Part shown: positions 34,825-49,140 of the stretch, one piece after another
Layout: each line of letters starts with the position of its first letter
Numbering within the stretch: the first letter of the stretch is position 1
Assembly: GCA_030704615.1 (NCBI GenBank)
Contig: CM060732.1
Span: forward strand, 22,506,001-22,570,000
Direction of reading: 5' to 3'
DNA: 64,000 bases
Source of the DNA: Takakia lepidozioides
Taxonomy: Eukaryota; Plantae; Bryophyta
Made by a program: the position numbers and the translations under genes
Notes under the pieces: generated by a model
Databases searched by the model: none
What the model saw: the letters and a program-made list of their open reading frames with translations, nothing else
Told to the model about the DNA's origin: nothing

Positions 34825-37800
34825 CACTAGAAGAAAAATGCGGAATAACCATTGGCCCTTAACCACTCTTGTCTTTTACCACTCTGTAAATCACTCCAAG
34901 TAATGGTAACCACTATGCCACGGTGGCATCATATGGAGTGGTTGGAAGTGGTTTCAACCACTGAGTAATCCACGTGTAATATTTAATTTTATATTTATTA
35001 TTCGACATTTGGTCAAATATTTATATTAATAATGATAATATCCAACATGGACGGGTACAGTGATAAATTATGAGTGGTTAAAGACACCTGAGTGATGGGA
35101 AGTGGTTGAAACCACTTTCTACTCCACGTGTAATAATTTTTTTTTTAAAGATTTTTATCATTTCAAAATATATTATTCCACGTGGACGAGGATAATATAC
35201 GTAGATCTGGAGTGGTTAAAGACCCCCCCCCCCCCCCCCCCCCCCCCCCAGTGATTGGTACCACTTGCACAGTGGTGGAATGTGAGTGGTTAAGACCCTT
35301 TTGTAACTCGAACCACTCTTCAAGTAGGCACTTGTGAGTGGTTACGTACACGTGATTGGTACCACTTCTGTGGTGGGTTGTGAGTGGTTGAAGACACCCG
35401 AGTGATGGGAGGTGATTGAAACCACTTGCTACTCCACGTGTAATAATTCAATTTTTATTTAAGATTTATCATTTCAAATATATATTTTAATTATGAACTA
35501 TATCATTCCACGTGGACGGGGACAGTATACGTAGATCTGGAGTGGTTAAAGACCCCCATGATTGGTACCATTTGAGAGTGGTGTAGAGTGAGTGGTTACA
35601 GACCATTTAGTAACTGGAACCACTCGGCCAGTGGTTACGCGTGGGTGATTACATACACACCAGTGATTGGTATTACTTCTGTGGTGATACATGAAAAACT
35701 TTAGTGGTTTGTGCGTTGATGGAAAACCCAAAATCCATCCATCTATCGCTATATTCATCCATTCAGTCATGAGTAGAGGGGACTTAGCGTTTTTTTTGTC
35801 TTCCCTGCCAATGTGGCATCTATTTGTTTTCTTTGTGTTGAGTTTGATCGTGAGAGACAAACAGGACAGAGCTGTGTTTTGTTTCTTATAGTGTCGAGTC
35901 TGATCATGAGAGACGATGGGCGGAGCTAGTGGCATAGGGGCAGACAAGACTCAAGACCTAGAATCGGGGCATGAAGGTGTGCATGATGGTGGAATAACCG
36001 TGATCGCAAGGTGTGGCTTTTTCTCAATGTACAATGACAAGCGGAGCTGATGGGATAGGGGGCAGACAGGGACTCAAGACCAATCGCAAGGTGTGGCTTT
36101 TCCTTAATGTAGGATGTGAAGAAGTTTGTCCATCCTACAAATGTGGGCTTTTAGCTCCTGTTAGTACCATGATTTGGTATTCTTCCTGATGTTTACAAGG
36201 TTCTTGGGAGAATCATCTTGGTCTTAGCAGCCCGCTGATTCATTTCCTGATTCTACCTATTTCAGCCTGTTTTGCCCTCTTATCAGACTCGGGCCTGATA
36301 TGCATATTGAATTCTGTTAAGTTAGTTCGTTGGTGCAAGATAGAGAGTCAGCTTGGTCTTAGCAGGCTGTGAGGGCACCTTCTTCTTCAACCTATTTCAG
36401 CTTGTTTTGCCCTCTTATCAGACTCAGGCCTGATATGCATATTGAATTCTGTTAAGTCAGCTTGGTCTTAGCAGGCCGTGAGGGCACCTTCTTCTTCAAC
36501 CTATTTCAGCCTATTTTGCCCTCTTATCAGACTCGGGCCTGATATGCATATTGAATTCTGTAAGTTAGCTCGTTGGTGCTAGAGAGAGAGTCAGCTTGGT
36601 CTTAGCAGGCCGTGAGGGCACCTTATTCTTCAACCTATTTCAGCCTGTTTTGCCCTCTTATCAGACTCGGGCCTGATATGCATATTGAAATCTGGAAAGA
36701 GGTCGACATGTTTACAAAATGAAGGCCTTGCTTGGTGCCTGCAGAATCCATGGCAATGTGGAGATGGTTGAACGTGCGGCATGAAGGTACCTTCTTCAAC
36801 ACATTTCACCCTGTTTTTCCCTATTACCAGAGTAGTCCCTAAATTTTCATGTAGAATTCTGCAAGTTAGTTCGTTCGTGATGTGAGGTTGCATGAGTTTT
36901 ATACCGATCTTTCACGATGGTGGGACAACCGCAATCACCAGGTATGGCTTTTCTTAATGTACGATGTGAAGACGTTCGTCCATCCTGCAAAGGTGGGTTC
37001 TTAACTCCTGTGAGTACCATGATTTGGTATTCTTCCTAATGTTTACAAGGTTCTTGGGAGAGTCAGCTTGCAGTTCTTAGCAGGCCGTGTTTCAATCTCT
37101 GCCTGCTCAGTTGCACCGTGATGGTTCTCACAGATCAATCTGACATTACCTGACTACAGACAAACAACACATACAAGAGGTCTTTTTGGGTTGATGGTCA
37201 GTCAAATCCTCGATGGGTCAAGGACAATGTGGTGAGGGCACGTTTCAGCCTGTTTTGCCTTCTCATCAAACTTGGCCCTGAGATGCATGTTGAATTCTGC
37301 ATGGGTGATAAGTAGGGTTCGGTGTTTGCTGGAACAATTGTAGGCTGTCATTGTCAGCCGCTAGCAGCAAGGGAAGGATGTATGCATGATTTGTGCAGAG
37401 CTTGGATAGCTGAGGGAGCAGGGGTAGAGTCTGGTCGGTCCAGATTCATCCAAGAGGGCGGGACTTCAAGCTCATGATTACCTATAATTCCATATGGATC
37501 AATAGCTGCAAGAAACCTGCATGGGTAGATGGTCAACTGGAAGCCGCAGCAACAGCGGCACAATTGATAAAATCAGGCACTGCTAATGAAGGCACCTTCT
37601 TCAACACATTTTCACCCTGTTTTTCCCTCTTATCAAAATTGGCCCTAAATTTTCATGTTGAATTCTGCAAGTTAGCTGGTGAGTGAACCTTGATAGTTTG
37701 GAGTGACTTTGACATGGTACTGCCAATGTGATAACAGGGAAGTATCCAGAAACAGGTAACAGCTGAGACGAGGAGAAGCTGTGGAATGAATACTTTTCTA

Positions 37801-39603
37801 ACCCCAGTCCATGGTGGGACAATCGAGGCAAAAATGTGAATGCCTGTTAGATCATAGAGAGTAGCAGATGCAATTGACCATAGTGATAAGTTGAGTTGGG
37901 TGTTTCCTAGAACAAATCTAGGCTGTCATTGTCAGGTGCTAGCAGTAAGGCAAGGATGTATGCATGATTTGTGCAGCGGCATGGATAACTGAAGGAGCAG
38001 GGATAGAGTCTGGGTCCAGATTCATCCAAGAGGGCCGGACTTCAAGCTCCAGATTACCTATGATTCCATGTGGATCAATAGAGCTCTACAAGAAACCTGC
38101 TGCATGGGTAGATGGTCAACTAAAGGTAGCAGCTGCAGCGGCACAGTTGATAAAATCAGGCACCTCAACCATGACCACAGCTTTTGAAAGAGGATCAAGA
38201 GAGGTGGCTGAACAAGATGTGGTGTTTTGGAGTGCCATGATTGCAAGGTATGTGCAGCATGGGTATGGGATTAAGGCTTTGGAAACCTAGGAGCAAATGA
38301 TGTGGGAAGGGATGAAGCAAGACCAGGTCATATTCATTTGTGTTTGTAATATGCATATGGGAGCCTAGCAGCCCTAGGAAGGGGCAAAGAGGTTCATGGT
38401 GACATTATCAAAGCTGGAATTGTACCAGATGTCATTCTGAACATTCCCCTGGTGTACATCTACATCAAATGTGAGCCTGGCAGCCCTGGCCAGAGAAGAA
38501 CATGAAGAGGGCTTACAATTTCGTTCACCCGCGCGTAGACATTGCTGGCAATGAGAAGAAGGCAGGAAAGCAGTTCAGTGTTCCTAGCATGCATGCGGGG
38601 ACGCCGTGTAGAAGTTAGGCTCAGACTTTTATCATGGCTGGATTTTGTTGACAGTGTTCCAGCACTTAACTCTCTGGGATTCTATTCAATTTTGTGGAGA
38701 TTGAATCCCCAATGGTACTTCTTTCACTACATTAGTGGTATGTGTTCCTCTAGTCATGTTCATAATCACTTGCACATCACTGTAATAGTGGTATAATTTA
38801 AAACTGTGGGAGTAGCCAAATGCACACAATTGCCTACATTACCACTCGTATAGTGGTATAAGTAGTCACATATATATTACTGTATTAGTGGTATGAATTC
38901 CTCCAGTGGTATTCCTAATCACTTACACACCACTCTGTTAGTAATCACTCCAATCCATAGTTCCTACTCAGAGAGACACCATGGATGACTCAAACAGCTT
39001 ACACACCACTCTGTGGGTAATCATTCCAATGACATGCTGAGAGACGTCATCCACTCATATAACCACTCTGTGAGTGATATTGTATATTCTCAGTTTTCAT
39101 AGAATAACTCTATGAGTCATTTTGTGATCACTCAACAAGTGGTTTCGGAAGTCATTGAATTTTTCACTCCATCCATTTCGTAGCACTGACACACGACACG
39201 TGTCCATGCTGAGAGTGTCGCCACGTGTCGACATAATCTCCAATATCATCCACGGACCACCGGCTTACACGTGTCCACTTCAAAACGGAAGTGGCTACTT
39301 TACCACTATGACAAATCAGTTTCCCACTGTGACACGTCATAAGTAGTTGGTTTACCTCAGTGACACGTCATTGACATGTCACAGTGGTTAATTTACCACT
39401 GTGACACGTCAGCTAACAGGTGGACCCGGACGTGAGTGGTTCAAACCACTGTCCTTAACCACTGGTGCCACGTAATGTCTTTTATCACTCACTTGTCCTA
39501 ATCCACTTGTTCTTCATCACTCTGGGGCCAGAGTGGTTTAGTGTCTTTTACCACTCAAAATGAGTGGTTAACAGAGTCGTTATTCCGTGTTTTTCTTCTA
39601 GTG
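34825..39603. mobile_element. Non-autonomous CACTA (Pack-CACTA) transposon
   Basis: TIRs CACTAGAAGAAAAA-NN-CGGAATAAC at both ends, 3-bp TSD AGA (34822-34824 and 39604-39606), many subterminal ACCACT/AGTGGT repeats, no transposase, internal duplications (36250-36700; 37340-37580 vs 37920-38165). Confidence 0.92.
38195..38472 (+). pseudogene. Captured PLS-class PPR gene fragment
   Basis: EQDVVFWSAMIARYVQHGYGIKALE*..M..EGMKQDQVIF..; GKEVHGDIIKAGIVPDV....LVYIYIKC. Confidence 0.8.
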
Positions 39604-39886
39604 AGAGCATCTCCACCCTATCCATTGAAAACTTAACTGTAAAGCTCCATATAGGGACACCTATTCCGTGCGCTAAATCTTATATTACGTCGCTCTCAAT
39701 GCATCGACCCACCGCAGACGTGGAAAAACCAACGTTATATGCCATCGGGCTCGCTGACGACGACCCCAACGGAATAGCATGTGGCGGGAAGCTACGAGAG
39801 CACTTCAGGGAGAAGCTGCGAGAGCGCTTCAATCTCAAGCGTTTTTTTCACAATTTTCTCACACATTCACTTTGTGTACACATACA

Positions 39887-41169
39887 ATGGATGCTTGGAG
39901 GCGCCGTGAACTGAATCAAAATATTCAAGCTGAGATTAGGAGGGAGCTAGAAGATGATGATGATGATTTAATCATGGGTGTTATTGCTACTGCTGGTTGT
40001 GATCATTCTTCGCGCAGGGTCAAAGCTAGGTGTGGATTGAGACCAGGGAAAGTAGCTAATGTTGATAGAGAGAGGCACGCTGGACATGAGAGGATTTTGA
40101 GAGATTACTTCTGTGAATCACCTGTGTACGATAAGAGGACATTTCGTCGTTGGTTGAGGATGCGGAGGGATCTTTTCTTAAAGATTATGCACTCTGTTGT
40201 AGCCTATGATCCTTATTTTAAGCAGAGGGTAGATAGGTGTGGATTGTTGGGTTTGTCGAATATCCAGAAATGCACAACGGCATTAAGGATACTCGCTTAT
40301 GGAGTAGCTGCCAATGCTATTGATGAGTACTGCATGTTGAGCGAATCCACTGCTGTGGAGGCTATGAAGAGATTTGTGCATGCAGTTCGTGCCTGTTTGG
40401 AGGAAGAATTCCTTCGTCAACCAACTGCATAAAGAGGCAAATGCGGATCAATACTGCTCGAGGGTTTCCCAGTATGTTTGCCTCTTTAGATTGTATGCAT
40501 TATGTTTGAAAGAACTGCCATGTTTCTTGGCAGGGCCAGTATCAAGATAAAGATGGAAACCGCAGCATTGTGCTGGAGGCAATTGCCTCTCAGGATCTTT
40601 GGATCTGGCACGCCTTCTTTCGGCTGCCAGGCGGAAGCAATGACATTAACGTTCTGGATCGCTCTCCGTTGGTTGCAAATTTGCTCAAAGGAGAGGCTGA
40701 GAATATCACCTTCACTGTCAACGACAATGTCTACAAAAGGTATTACCTCTTGGCAGATGACATATATCCCTCTTGGTCCATTTTTGTGCAGACAATTCAT
40801 GAGCCTCAAGACCAGAAGAGGGCGCATTTTGCGATGATGCAGGAGTCAGTGAGAAAGGACGTCGAGAGAGCTTTTGGTGTACTACAGAACAGGTTTTCAA
40901 TCATACAAAACCCTTCAAGACAGTGGGACGTATACACTATCAAATCTATCATGTTAGCATGTGTCATACTTCATAATATGATAATAGATGACGAGCGAGA
41001 CACTGTTTTTGAAGGCCAACTTGATGAGCACCCAGTAGTGCCCATTCGCAGAGGTCTCAGTTTTGAATCTTATCGTCTAGGTACTATTGATAATTTTGAG
41101 CAGTACCACAGATTGAGAAATGACCTCATTGAACACCCATGGGAGTTGAAAGGTGCCACAATGTTTTGA
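39887..41169 (+). pseudogene. PIF/Harbinger DDE transposase, with stop and frameshift
   Basis: FRRWLRMRRDLF, QKCTTALRILAYG, ASLDCMH, LEAIASQDLWIWHAFF, GGSNDINVLDRSP, YLLADDIYP, RKDVERAFGVLQNRF; Harbinger-type end GAGCATCTCCA at 39605. Confidence 0.92.
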
Positions 41170-41276
41170 TTGTACTCTATCAATAAAGTGTGTTACTTTA
41201 TGTACTTGACATGCATGAAGGATTCGGTTATGAATTATAGGATGCCAAGTGGAATAATTTACGTTTTGTGAGGCAT

Positions 41277-41930
41277 ATTCACAAATTGGGACATAACTTT
41301 ATGCCAACAAATGATAATGGAATGTAAGAGGGCTCCTCACATTTAGTGAAGCCCCCCACCTACTGCAGCCTTGAGTTTGCACCAAAAACATCTCAAAGTC
41401 TGATTTGTATGATGCTAAGAGTCAATTTCTAAGAACACATCTTCACAAATTGGGCCATACCTTCATGCCAACAAATGAGAATGGCATGTGGGAGGGCTCT
41501 ACACATTGGTAGTGAGGGCCCCCACCTACTGCAGCCCTGAATTGCACTAAAAACATCATGAAGATTTAATTTTATGATGCTAAGACTCATTTTCTAGGTT
41601 TTGGAACAGATATTCACAAATTGGGGCATATTTTCATGCCAACAAATGAGAATGTCATGTGGGAGGGCTCTATACATTGGTAGTGAGGCCCCCACCACTT
41701 GCAGCTCTTAGTTTTCACCAAAAACATCTCAAATGTTGAATTGTATGATGTTAAGACTCATTTTCTGAGTTTTGGAAGACATTCACAAATTGGGTCATAT
41801 CTTCATGACAACAAATGAGAATGGAATGTGAGAGAGCTCCACACACTTCCAGTGAAGCCCCCCACGTACTGAAGCCCTGAATTCTCACAAAGAATGTCAA
41901 ATACATGGAATGATATGATGCTAAGTTGAC
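41277..41930. repeat. Four tandem units of about 168 bp
   Basis: TTCACAAATTGGG...CCAACAAATGAGAATGG...GCCCCCACCTACTGCAGC recurs near 41277, 41443, 41612, 41781. Confidence 0.85.
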
Positions 41931-41955
41931 ACATTGTGGTTTTTGAAGACATATT

Positions 41956-44088
41956 TGTCACGGATATAGCCCAGAGGAATTTACCAGGAGTAAATATCAG
42001 AAGTAACCAAGTTACCATGTTACCAAAAGTTACCATGATCTATCATGATTTACCATAAGTTACCATTAGTTACCAAGTTACCGAGAGTTTACCAAATTAC
42101 CGAGAGTAACTTGGGAAACTGCTCAGGAAGCTTCATTTGGAGGAAACTTCTCCATCAAGAAACCTCCTTTGGGGAAGCCTCTTAGGGAACCTCATAGTAG
42201 CCAATATATATAGGAGGCGAGACTGGACATTCTTCAGTCTCGCCAACACAAGTTCAAGCTACTCTTGTTCCCAGTTCCAATACTCCAGTTCAGCTTCCAG
42301 TACTCTAGTCCAGCTTCCAGTATCTGGTACCCCAGTCCAGTTTCCAGCATTCCAGTATTCGAGTCGAATTTCAGTATCTTGTACTATTGTCCATTGTTAT
42401 AAAGATCATCTTGATTCATGTTTACCCACCATGCATTCGCCCATGCCGACCTTGACTTCTTGTCTAGTCTTGTACCTCTAGTCTGATCTCTTGTTTGTGT
42501 TCAGTCATGTTCTCGTCCTTGACAGTTTGGCGAGACTAAAGTTTGTCCCTTAGTTAGTTAAGATGGAAGACACATTTGTGGAAATGGTCGTCACATTGCA
42601 AAGTCTTCAGCTCCAGATGCAAGAACTTCGTACCTCTACTGCCCAATTGCAAGCTGATCAGTCTCAAGATCTTGACAACGCTCTCCACAATTTGCAACAA
42701 CAAATTTCAGAGTTAAGGGAATTGAACAATGGATCTTCAACCATACGAGTCCCTACTGCAACAGTTTCTACTGCAACGGTTCCTCTTCAACAGATTATGA
42801 GAGAACCAAATATCAGCATGCCCAAGAAATTTGATGGGACGAGATCAAGATTTCGTGGTTTTGTTCAACAAGTACGACTGTTCCTACGACTACATCCACA
42901 ACATTACCTTGATGAAGGTGTTCAAGTGGGATTCGTGGGCACCCTTCTATCAGGCATTGCCCTATCTTGGTTTGCACCGCTATTAGAAAAAAAATCGCAT
43001 TTACTATATAATTTTGAAGCATTCATGTCCGAGTTCACTGCAACGTTTGGAGAAAATGATAGAGAGAGAGTTGTAGAGACAAAGATGCGAAATCTTCAAC
43101 AAGGAGCACGTCCTACTTCCGTTTATGTTGTCGAATTTCGACAACTTGCGTGCAATCTCGACTGGAATGAGAAGAGCCTCATTAGTCAGTTTCGATGTGG
43201 GCTAAAAGAGGATGTAAAAGATTTGTTACTGACAATGCCAAACGTGAGCACACTGAGTGAATTCATCACCCAAATCATTGCATGCGATAATCGTTTGTTT
43301 GAAAGACGTCAAGAGAAACAATCTGGATGGTCGACAACGTATCATGCCGCTGCTACTACGGCACTAAACACAACGATCCATCAGACATCCGGTAGTGATC
43401 TTATGCAGATTGATGTTGTCCGATTCAAGCCATTGACACCACAAGAAAAATGAAGACGGCACTCAAATGGATTATGCCTCTATTATGGAGAAGAAGATCA
43501 CATAACATTAAACTACTCCAACAAGAGAAGATTCAAAGCTCGGGGTGCAACTCAAGTGTTCGATACGAGGAGGTCGAAAAACGAAGATGTCCAGTCACAG
43601 TAGGGACCATGCGGCTGGACACCACAAATTCCTCACCGAAAAAATGTCTCTTTCTACCTCCAGACCCTGCACCTTGCTTCACAGTTCCGATAAAAATCAG
43701 AGTGCAAAATCGAGATACCTATGTAGAAGCACTTTTGGACTTAGGGGCTTCAGCTTGTTTTATGGATGAAAACTTTGCGAAGCAACACAATTTAACGCTC
43801 GTAAAGAAAAAACTTTCGGCTCCCATTGAAGTCATCGATGGACGACCGTTAGCATCAGGAAATGTGGACCATGAAACTCGACCACTTGAAGTAAAGCTTA
43901 AAGATCAAGCATCACATATTGTTTTCAACATCATCCAGTCTCCAACGAATCATGTGATCCTTGGACTTCCCTAGTTCGTACTTCACAATCCTGACATCGA
44001 CTGCCGATCGCGATAAATTTCTGCAAGACAAAAATGTAGAAATATCAAAGGTATTCAACCTCTGTTTCTTGGAGCTAGAGCATTCATT
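41956..44088 (+). mobile_element. Ty3/gypsy chromovirus (Tcn1-like) 5' part: LTR 41956-42524, gag 42563-43453, protease to about 44088
   Basis: TGTCA...TGACA LTR with TATA at about 42204; gag KFDGTRSRFRGF, LQQGARP...EFRQLA; protease ALLDLGASACFMD. Confidence 0.9.
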
Positions 44089-47000
44089 ACGGAGACTCTC
44101 CCTGGAATATTCGATGGATGATACAACTCCAATAATGAAACATGAAAGACTGGATGGATGCGCATACTTCGTGGGAGTTCAAGCCGAAAACTGACCGGAT
44201 TTATTTGTCGAATAATTTTGAATGGTCCCAGGCGTTGATAATCCAACTTTCTTGATGGCCGTGAAGTTTGTATGTCCCGTCGAAGAAGCCACACACGATC
44301 TCCGACCTTGAACTGGGGTTGGAGTTGACGACGTTGATCTGCATACTCCTTGATTGTTTTTGAGCTTCTACGAGGTGGAATATAAGCTCCTTGTGAATCA
44401 TAGCAAGATGAGTAGCAAGGTTTTCTGCAGCAGGGCTTCTAACAGTCTTCATGTGGAAATGGTTTGCTCGAGGATGATGACCATAATTGGAGAAAAATGG
44501 AGTTTGCTTGGTCGAAGAATGTATAGTGTTGTTGTAGGCAAACTTAGCCAATGACAGAAGGTCCGTCCAATTATCTTGGTGATAATTTATTGTACAGCGA
44601 AGATACTGTTCCAAAATTGGTTTACACATTCGGTTTGACCATCAGTCTGTGGATGATTAGTTGTAGAGAGGTTGATCTTAGTATCCAATATGTGAAATAA
44701 TCCCCTCCAGAAATTTGATATGAACTGTGGTCATCGATCAGATACGATGTCCTTCGGGAGTCCATGAATGCGATAGATATTATTAAGGAAGAGTCTTGCA
44801 GTTTCCTCGCCGGTAACCGTCTTATTACATGGAATGAAATGTGTGATCTTCGTAAAACGATCTACAATAACAAGGATTGAATCGGTAGTCTTGGAAATTG
44901 GAAGGTCCGTAATAAAGTCCATAGACGCGGACGACCATGGGCCCTTGGGAATGGGTAATGCTTGAAGAAGGTCGTAAGGTCGATGTCGTGGTCCCTTTGC
45001 TCTAGCACACGTGTCGCAAGATTTTATAAAAAAAATTCACGAGTTTCCACATCTGCTGCCACCAATAGTTCCTGGATATCAATTCCATTGTTTTGTTGAA
45101 ATCAAAATGTCCCGCTGTCGGAAGATCATGACATGTTTGGAGAATTCAAAGTCGTGTAGGTCCTGGAGGTACATAGAGAAATCCCTTGAAATAAAGTAAG
45201 TTATCTTTGAATTCGAAGTTGTTTGTAACATGTGGGTTGTCTCGAGGTCGATTTAGTTGACTTCGTAGTGTCGTAGCAAATTGGTCGCTCTTCAGTACTT
45301 CCTAAATCTCATTTATGATCTTTACATCGTTATAGGTGGACATGGATAACATATTCAATTGGAGATTTGCTGGTTTCAAGATGGTGGATTTCTGTTGGTC
45401 AAAAGCTGCATCCCCTTCTTTTGGCGCAAAATACGATCGTCGAGAAAGAGCATCTGGTTTTCCTTAAAGATGTCCGGGACGGTAGGTAATAACAAAATCA
45501 AACCTTGCTAGTGACATACTCCATCTCGCTTGTCGTCGATTCAAAACACGAGCACTCATAAAATACTCGAGGTTTTTGTGGTCGATATAAACTGTGATCT
45601 GATGTTTAGCTCTCTCCAATAGATGACGTCACTCCTCAAAAACATCGATAATCGCTAAAAGTTCTTTGTCATGGATTTCATAATTGATCTCTGCAGCGGA
45701 GAATTTGCGAGAATGAAAACCAACAGGGTGAAGTCAGTCATCTGTACCGTATTAAGAGAGTACCGCGCCAAGTGCAAAGTCCGCTGCATCTGCTTCCAAA
45801 AAGAATGGTTTAGATGGGTCTGCGTGTACCAGTATTGGAGCCGTTGTAAATGTCTGCTTCAGCCTTTCAAATGCTTGGTCAGCCTTCTCGTCCCATACAA
45901 ATTTGTCCTTCCATATGAGTCGTGTCAATGGTACAGCAATTTTAGAATAGTCCTTGACGAAGATTCTATAGAAATTTGCAAATCCTAGAAAACATTGTAC
46001 ATCTCGGACCGAAGTTGGTTTAATCCACTCGATAATGGTTTGTATTTTCTTCTGATCCATAAAGACTCATTTGTCGGAAATAATGTAGCCCAAAAATTCG
46101 ACTTCAGATTGGTGGAAAAGACATTTTTTCAACTTGGCGTATAGTCATTTTCCCCTCAATTTATCAAAGACAATGCGTACATGGCGACCATGTTCTTCTT
46201 CATTCTGTGAAAATATCAAAATGTCGTCCAAATAGATGATTTTGTAAATTCTCGAAAGATGTCATTCATCATGTGTTGAAAAATTGTTGGAGCATTTGTA
46301 AGACCGAAATGCATAACACTATATTCGAAATGTCCGTACCTTGTGTGAAAAGCAGTCTTCCATTCGTCTCCTTCTTTTATTCATACAAGGTTGTAAGCTC
46401 CTATCAAGTTGATCTTTGTGAAAAAATTTGCTCGTCCAAGTTGTTTGAGGAGTCTAGAAATCAGCGGTAGTGGGTAACGATTTTAATAGTGACTTTGTTG
46501 AGTCCACGATAGTCCACACACATGCGTAACTATCCGTCCTTCTTCTTCAATTGCACGATCATAAGGTCGATGTTCTGGCAACATGTCTACATTTTTCTTC
46601 TCGAAGACATCCTTGAAATCTTGATATTGAGTGGGTAATGTCGAAGTACCTTGGTCTGTAGTGGTTTTGATCGGAGTCGCATAAAGTGCAAATGTCGCAT
46701 CTTTCTTCGCTCTCATGAAGGCTCTAGTTCCAAGAAATAGGGGTTGAATATCTTTGGTACTTTTGCATTTTTGTCTTGCCGAAATTTTTCGTAATCGCCA
46801 GTCGATATCAGGATTATGAAGTACAAACCAAGGAAGTCCAAGAATCACAGGATTCGTTGGAGACTGGATGACATTGAAAACAATCTTGTGATGCTTGATT
46901 TTTAAGCTTCAATTCAAGGGGTCGAGTTTCATGGTTAATATTTCCTGATGCTAACGGTCGTCCATCGATGACTTCAACAGGGGCCGAGAATTTCTTTTTT

Positions 47001-48278
47001 ACGAGCGTTAAATTGTGTTGCTTCGCAAAGTCCTTGTCAATAAAACACGCTGAAACGCCCGAGTCCAAAAGTGCTTCTACGAAGATATCTCGATTTTGCA
47101 TCCTGATCTTTACTGGAACTATGAAACAAGGTACAGAGTCTGGAGGTAGAAATAGACCCTTTTTTTTTAAGGAATTTGAGGTGTCCAGCCGCATGGTCCT
47201 TACTATGACTGGACATCTTCGTTTTCCAACCTCATCGTATCGAACACTTGAGTTGTGTCCCGAGCTTTGAATCTTCTCTTGTTGGGGCAGTTTAATGCTA
47301 TGTGATCATCTTCTCCGCAATAAAAACATAATCCGTTTGAGCGTCGTCTTTGTTTTTTTTTGTGGCGCCAATGGCTTGAATCGGCATCAATCTGCATATG
47401 ATCATTACCAGATGTCTGATGGATCGTTGTGTTTGGTGCCGTAGTAGCAGCGGCATGGTGCGTCGTCGACCATCCAGATCGCTTCTCTAAACGTCTTTCG
47501 AACAAACGATTATCGCATGCAATGACTTGGGTGATGAATTCGCTCAGTGTACTCACGTTTGGCATTGTCAGCAACAAATTTTTACAACCTCTTTTAGACC
47601 ACATCGAAACTGACTCATGAGACTCTTCTCATTCCAGTCGAGGTCGCACGCAAGTTGTCGAAATTCGGCAGCATAAACGAAAGCTGGACGTGCTCCTTGT
47701 CGAATATTTCGCATCTTTGTCTCTGCAACTCTCTCTCTCTATCATTCTCTCCAAATGTTGCAGTGAACTCGGACATGAACGCTTCAAGATTATATAGTAA
47801 ATGCTAATTTTTCTCTAATAGCGGTGCAAACCAAGATATGGCAGTGTCTGATAGAATGGTGCCCACGAATCCCACTTGAATACCTTCATCAGGGTAGCGT
47901 TGTGGATGTAGTCGTAGGAACAATCGTATTTGTTGAACAAAACCGCGAAATATTGATCTCGTCCCATCAAATTTTTCGGGTATGCTGACCTTTGGTTTCT
48001 TTGTAATCTGTTGAAGATTTGGAGGAACCGTTGCAGTAAGATTTATTGTAGTAGGGACTCGCAAAATTGAAGATCCATTGTTCGACTCCTTCAACTCTGA
48101 AATTTGTTGTTGCAAATTGTTGAGAGCGTTGCCAAGATCTTGAGACTGATCAACTTGTAGTTGGGCAGTAGAGGCACGAAGTTCTTGCATTTGGAGCTAA
48201 AGACTCTACAATGTGGCGACCATTTCCACAAATATGCCTTCCATCTTAACTAACTAAAAAACAAACTTTAGTCTCGCA
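44089..48278 (-). mobile_element. Second, degenerate copy of the same gypsy family in opposite orientation (gag, PR, partial RT, RNase H, integrase, GPF module)
   Basis: ALLDSGVSACFID, FLGFANFYR, FFLEADAADFALGAVLS, MDFITDLP, IVSDR, LGPFKI...IHPVFHVSLL; 46710-48278 is an inverted homolog of 42525-44088. Confidence 0.9.
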
Positions 48279-48279
48279 A

Positions 48280-49140
48280 CACCGTACACCACTTTCAGTG
48301 ACATCTGCAGAAAAAACCAAAAAAAAAAATCCTAAAAAAACCCTAAAAATCCTTAAAAATACCCCAAAAAGGGAAAAACAAAACCCCTGAACATGGGTGT
48401 GCAACACCGCCACACCTCTTTCAGTGGCACCGCACACTAAATAGAAAACCCTAAAAATCCTTTAAAAATCCTTTAAAAAAAAATACCTAAAAAAAACTCT
48501 TGAAAAGGGGTGTGCGGCACTACACACAAAACAAAACCCTGAAAAAACCACAAAAAAAAAACAAAAATCTTTAAACGATGCCGCTTTCAGTGGCATCGCA
48601 CACTAAAAACAAAACCCTATAAAAACCCTAAAACCCCTTTAAAAACCATAAAAAAAAAAAAAAAACAAAAAAACAAAAACTCCTGAAAAGGAGTATGCGG
48701 TGCCGCACACCTATTTCAGTGGCACCGCTCACTAGAAAACCCTAAACCCTAAATCCTAAAAAACTCCTTAAAACCCTTAAAAAAACCTAAAAAACCCTTA
48801 AAACCCTAAGAAATCCCCAATAAAAAACAAAATCCTGAAAAGGGGTGTGCGGCACTGCACGCCTCTTTCAATGACATCGCACATTGCAAAAACCCTAAGT
48901 AAACCCTAGGAACCCTAAAAAAACCCTTACAACCCCCAAAAACTCATCATCTGAAAATGGTGTGCGGCACCGCACACCACTTTCAGTAGAACCTGCGGGG
49001 AAAATAAAACCCCCCTAAGAACTCCCTATAAAAACCGTAAAAAAACCCTAAAAACATGAAAAAACAAGAAAAAAATTCAGTGGCATCTACGAGGAAAAAA
49101 ACCCTAAAACCCTAATGAAACCCTAAAGAAACACTAATTA
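48280..49140. repeat. A-rich degenerate repeat region with AAACCCTAA motifs and palindromes GGTGTGCGG-CA-CCGCACACC
   Basis: Best palindrome at 48959-48978; decayed copies near 48395, 48510, 48690, 48845. Confidence 0.7.

Noticed and set aside
48330-49130. Interstitial telomere array
   Set aside because: CCCTAAA units are scattered among A-runs and palindromes, not tandem.
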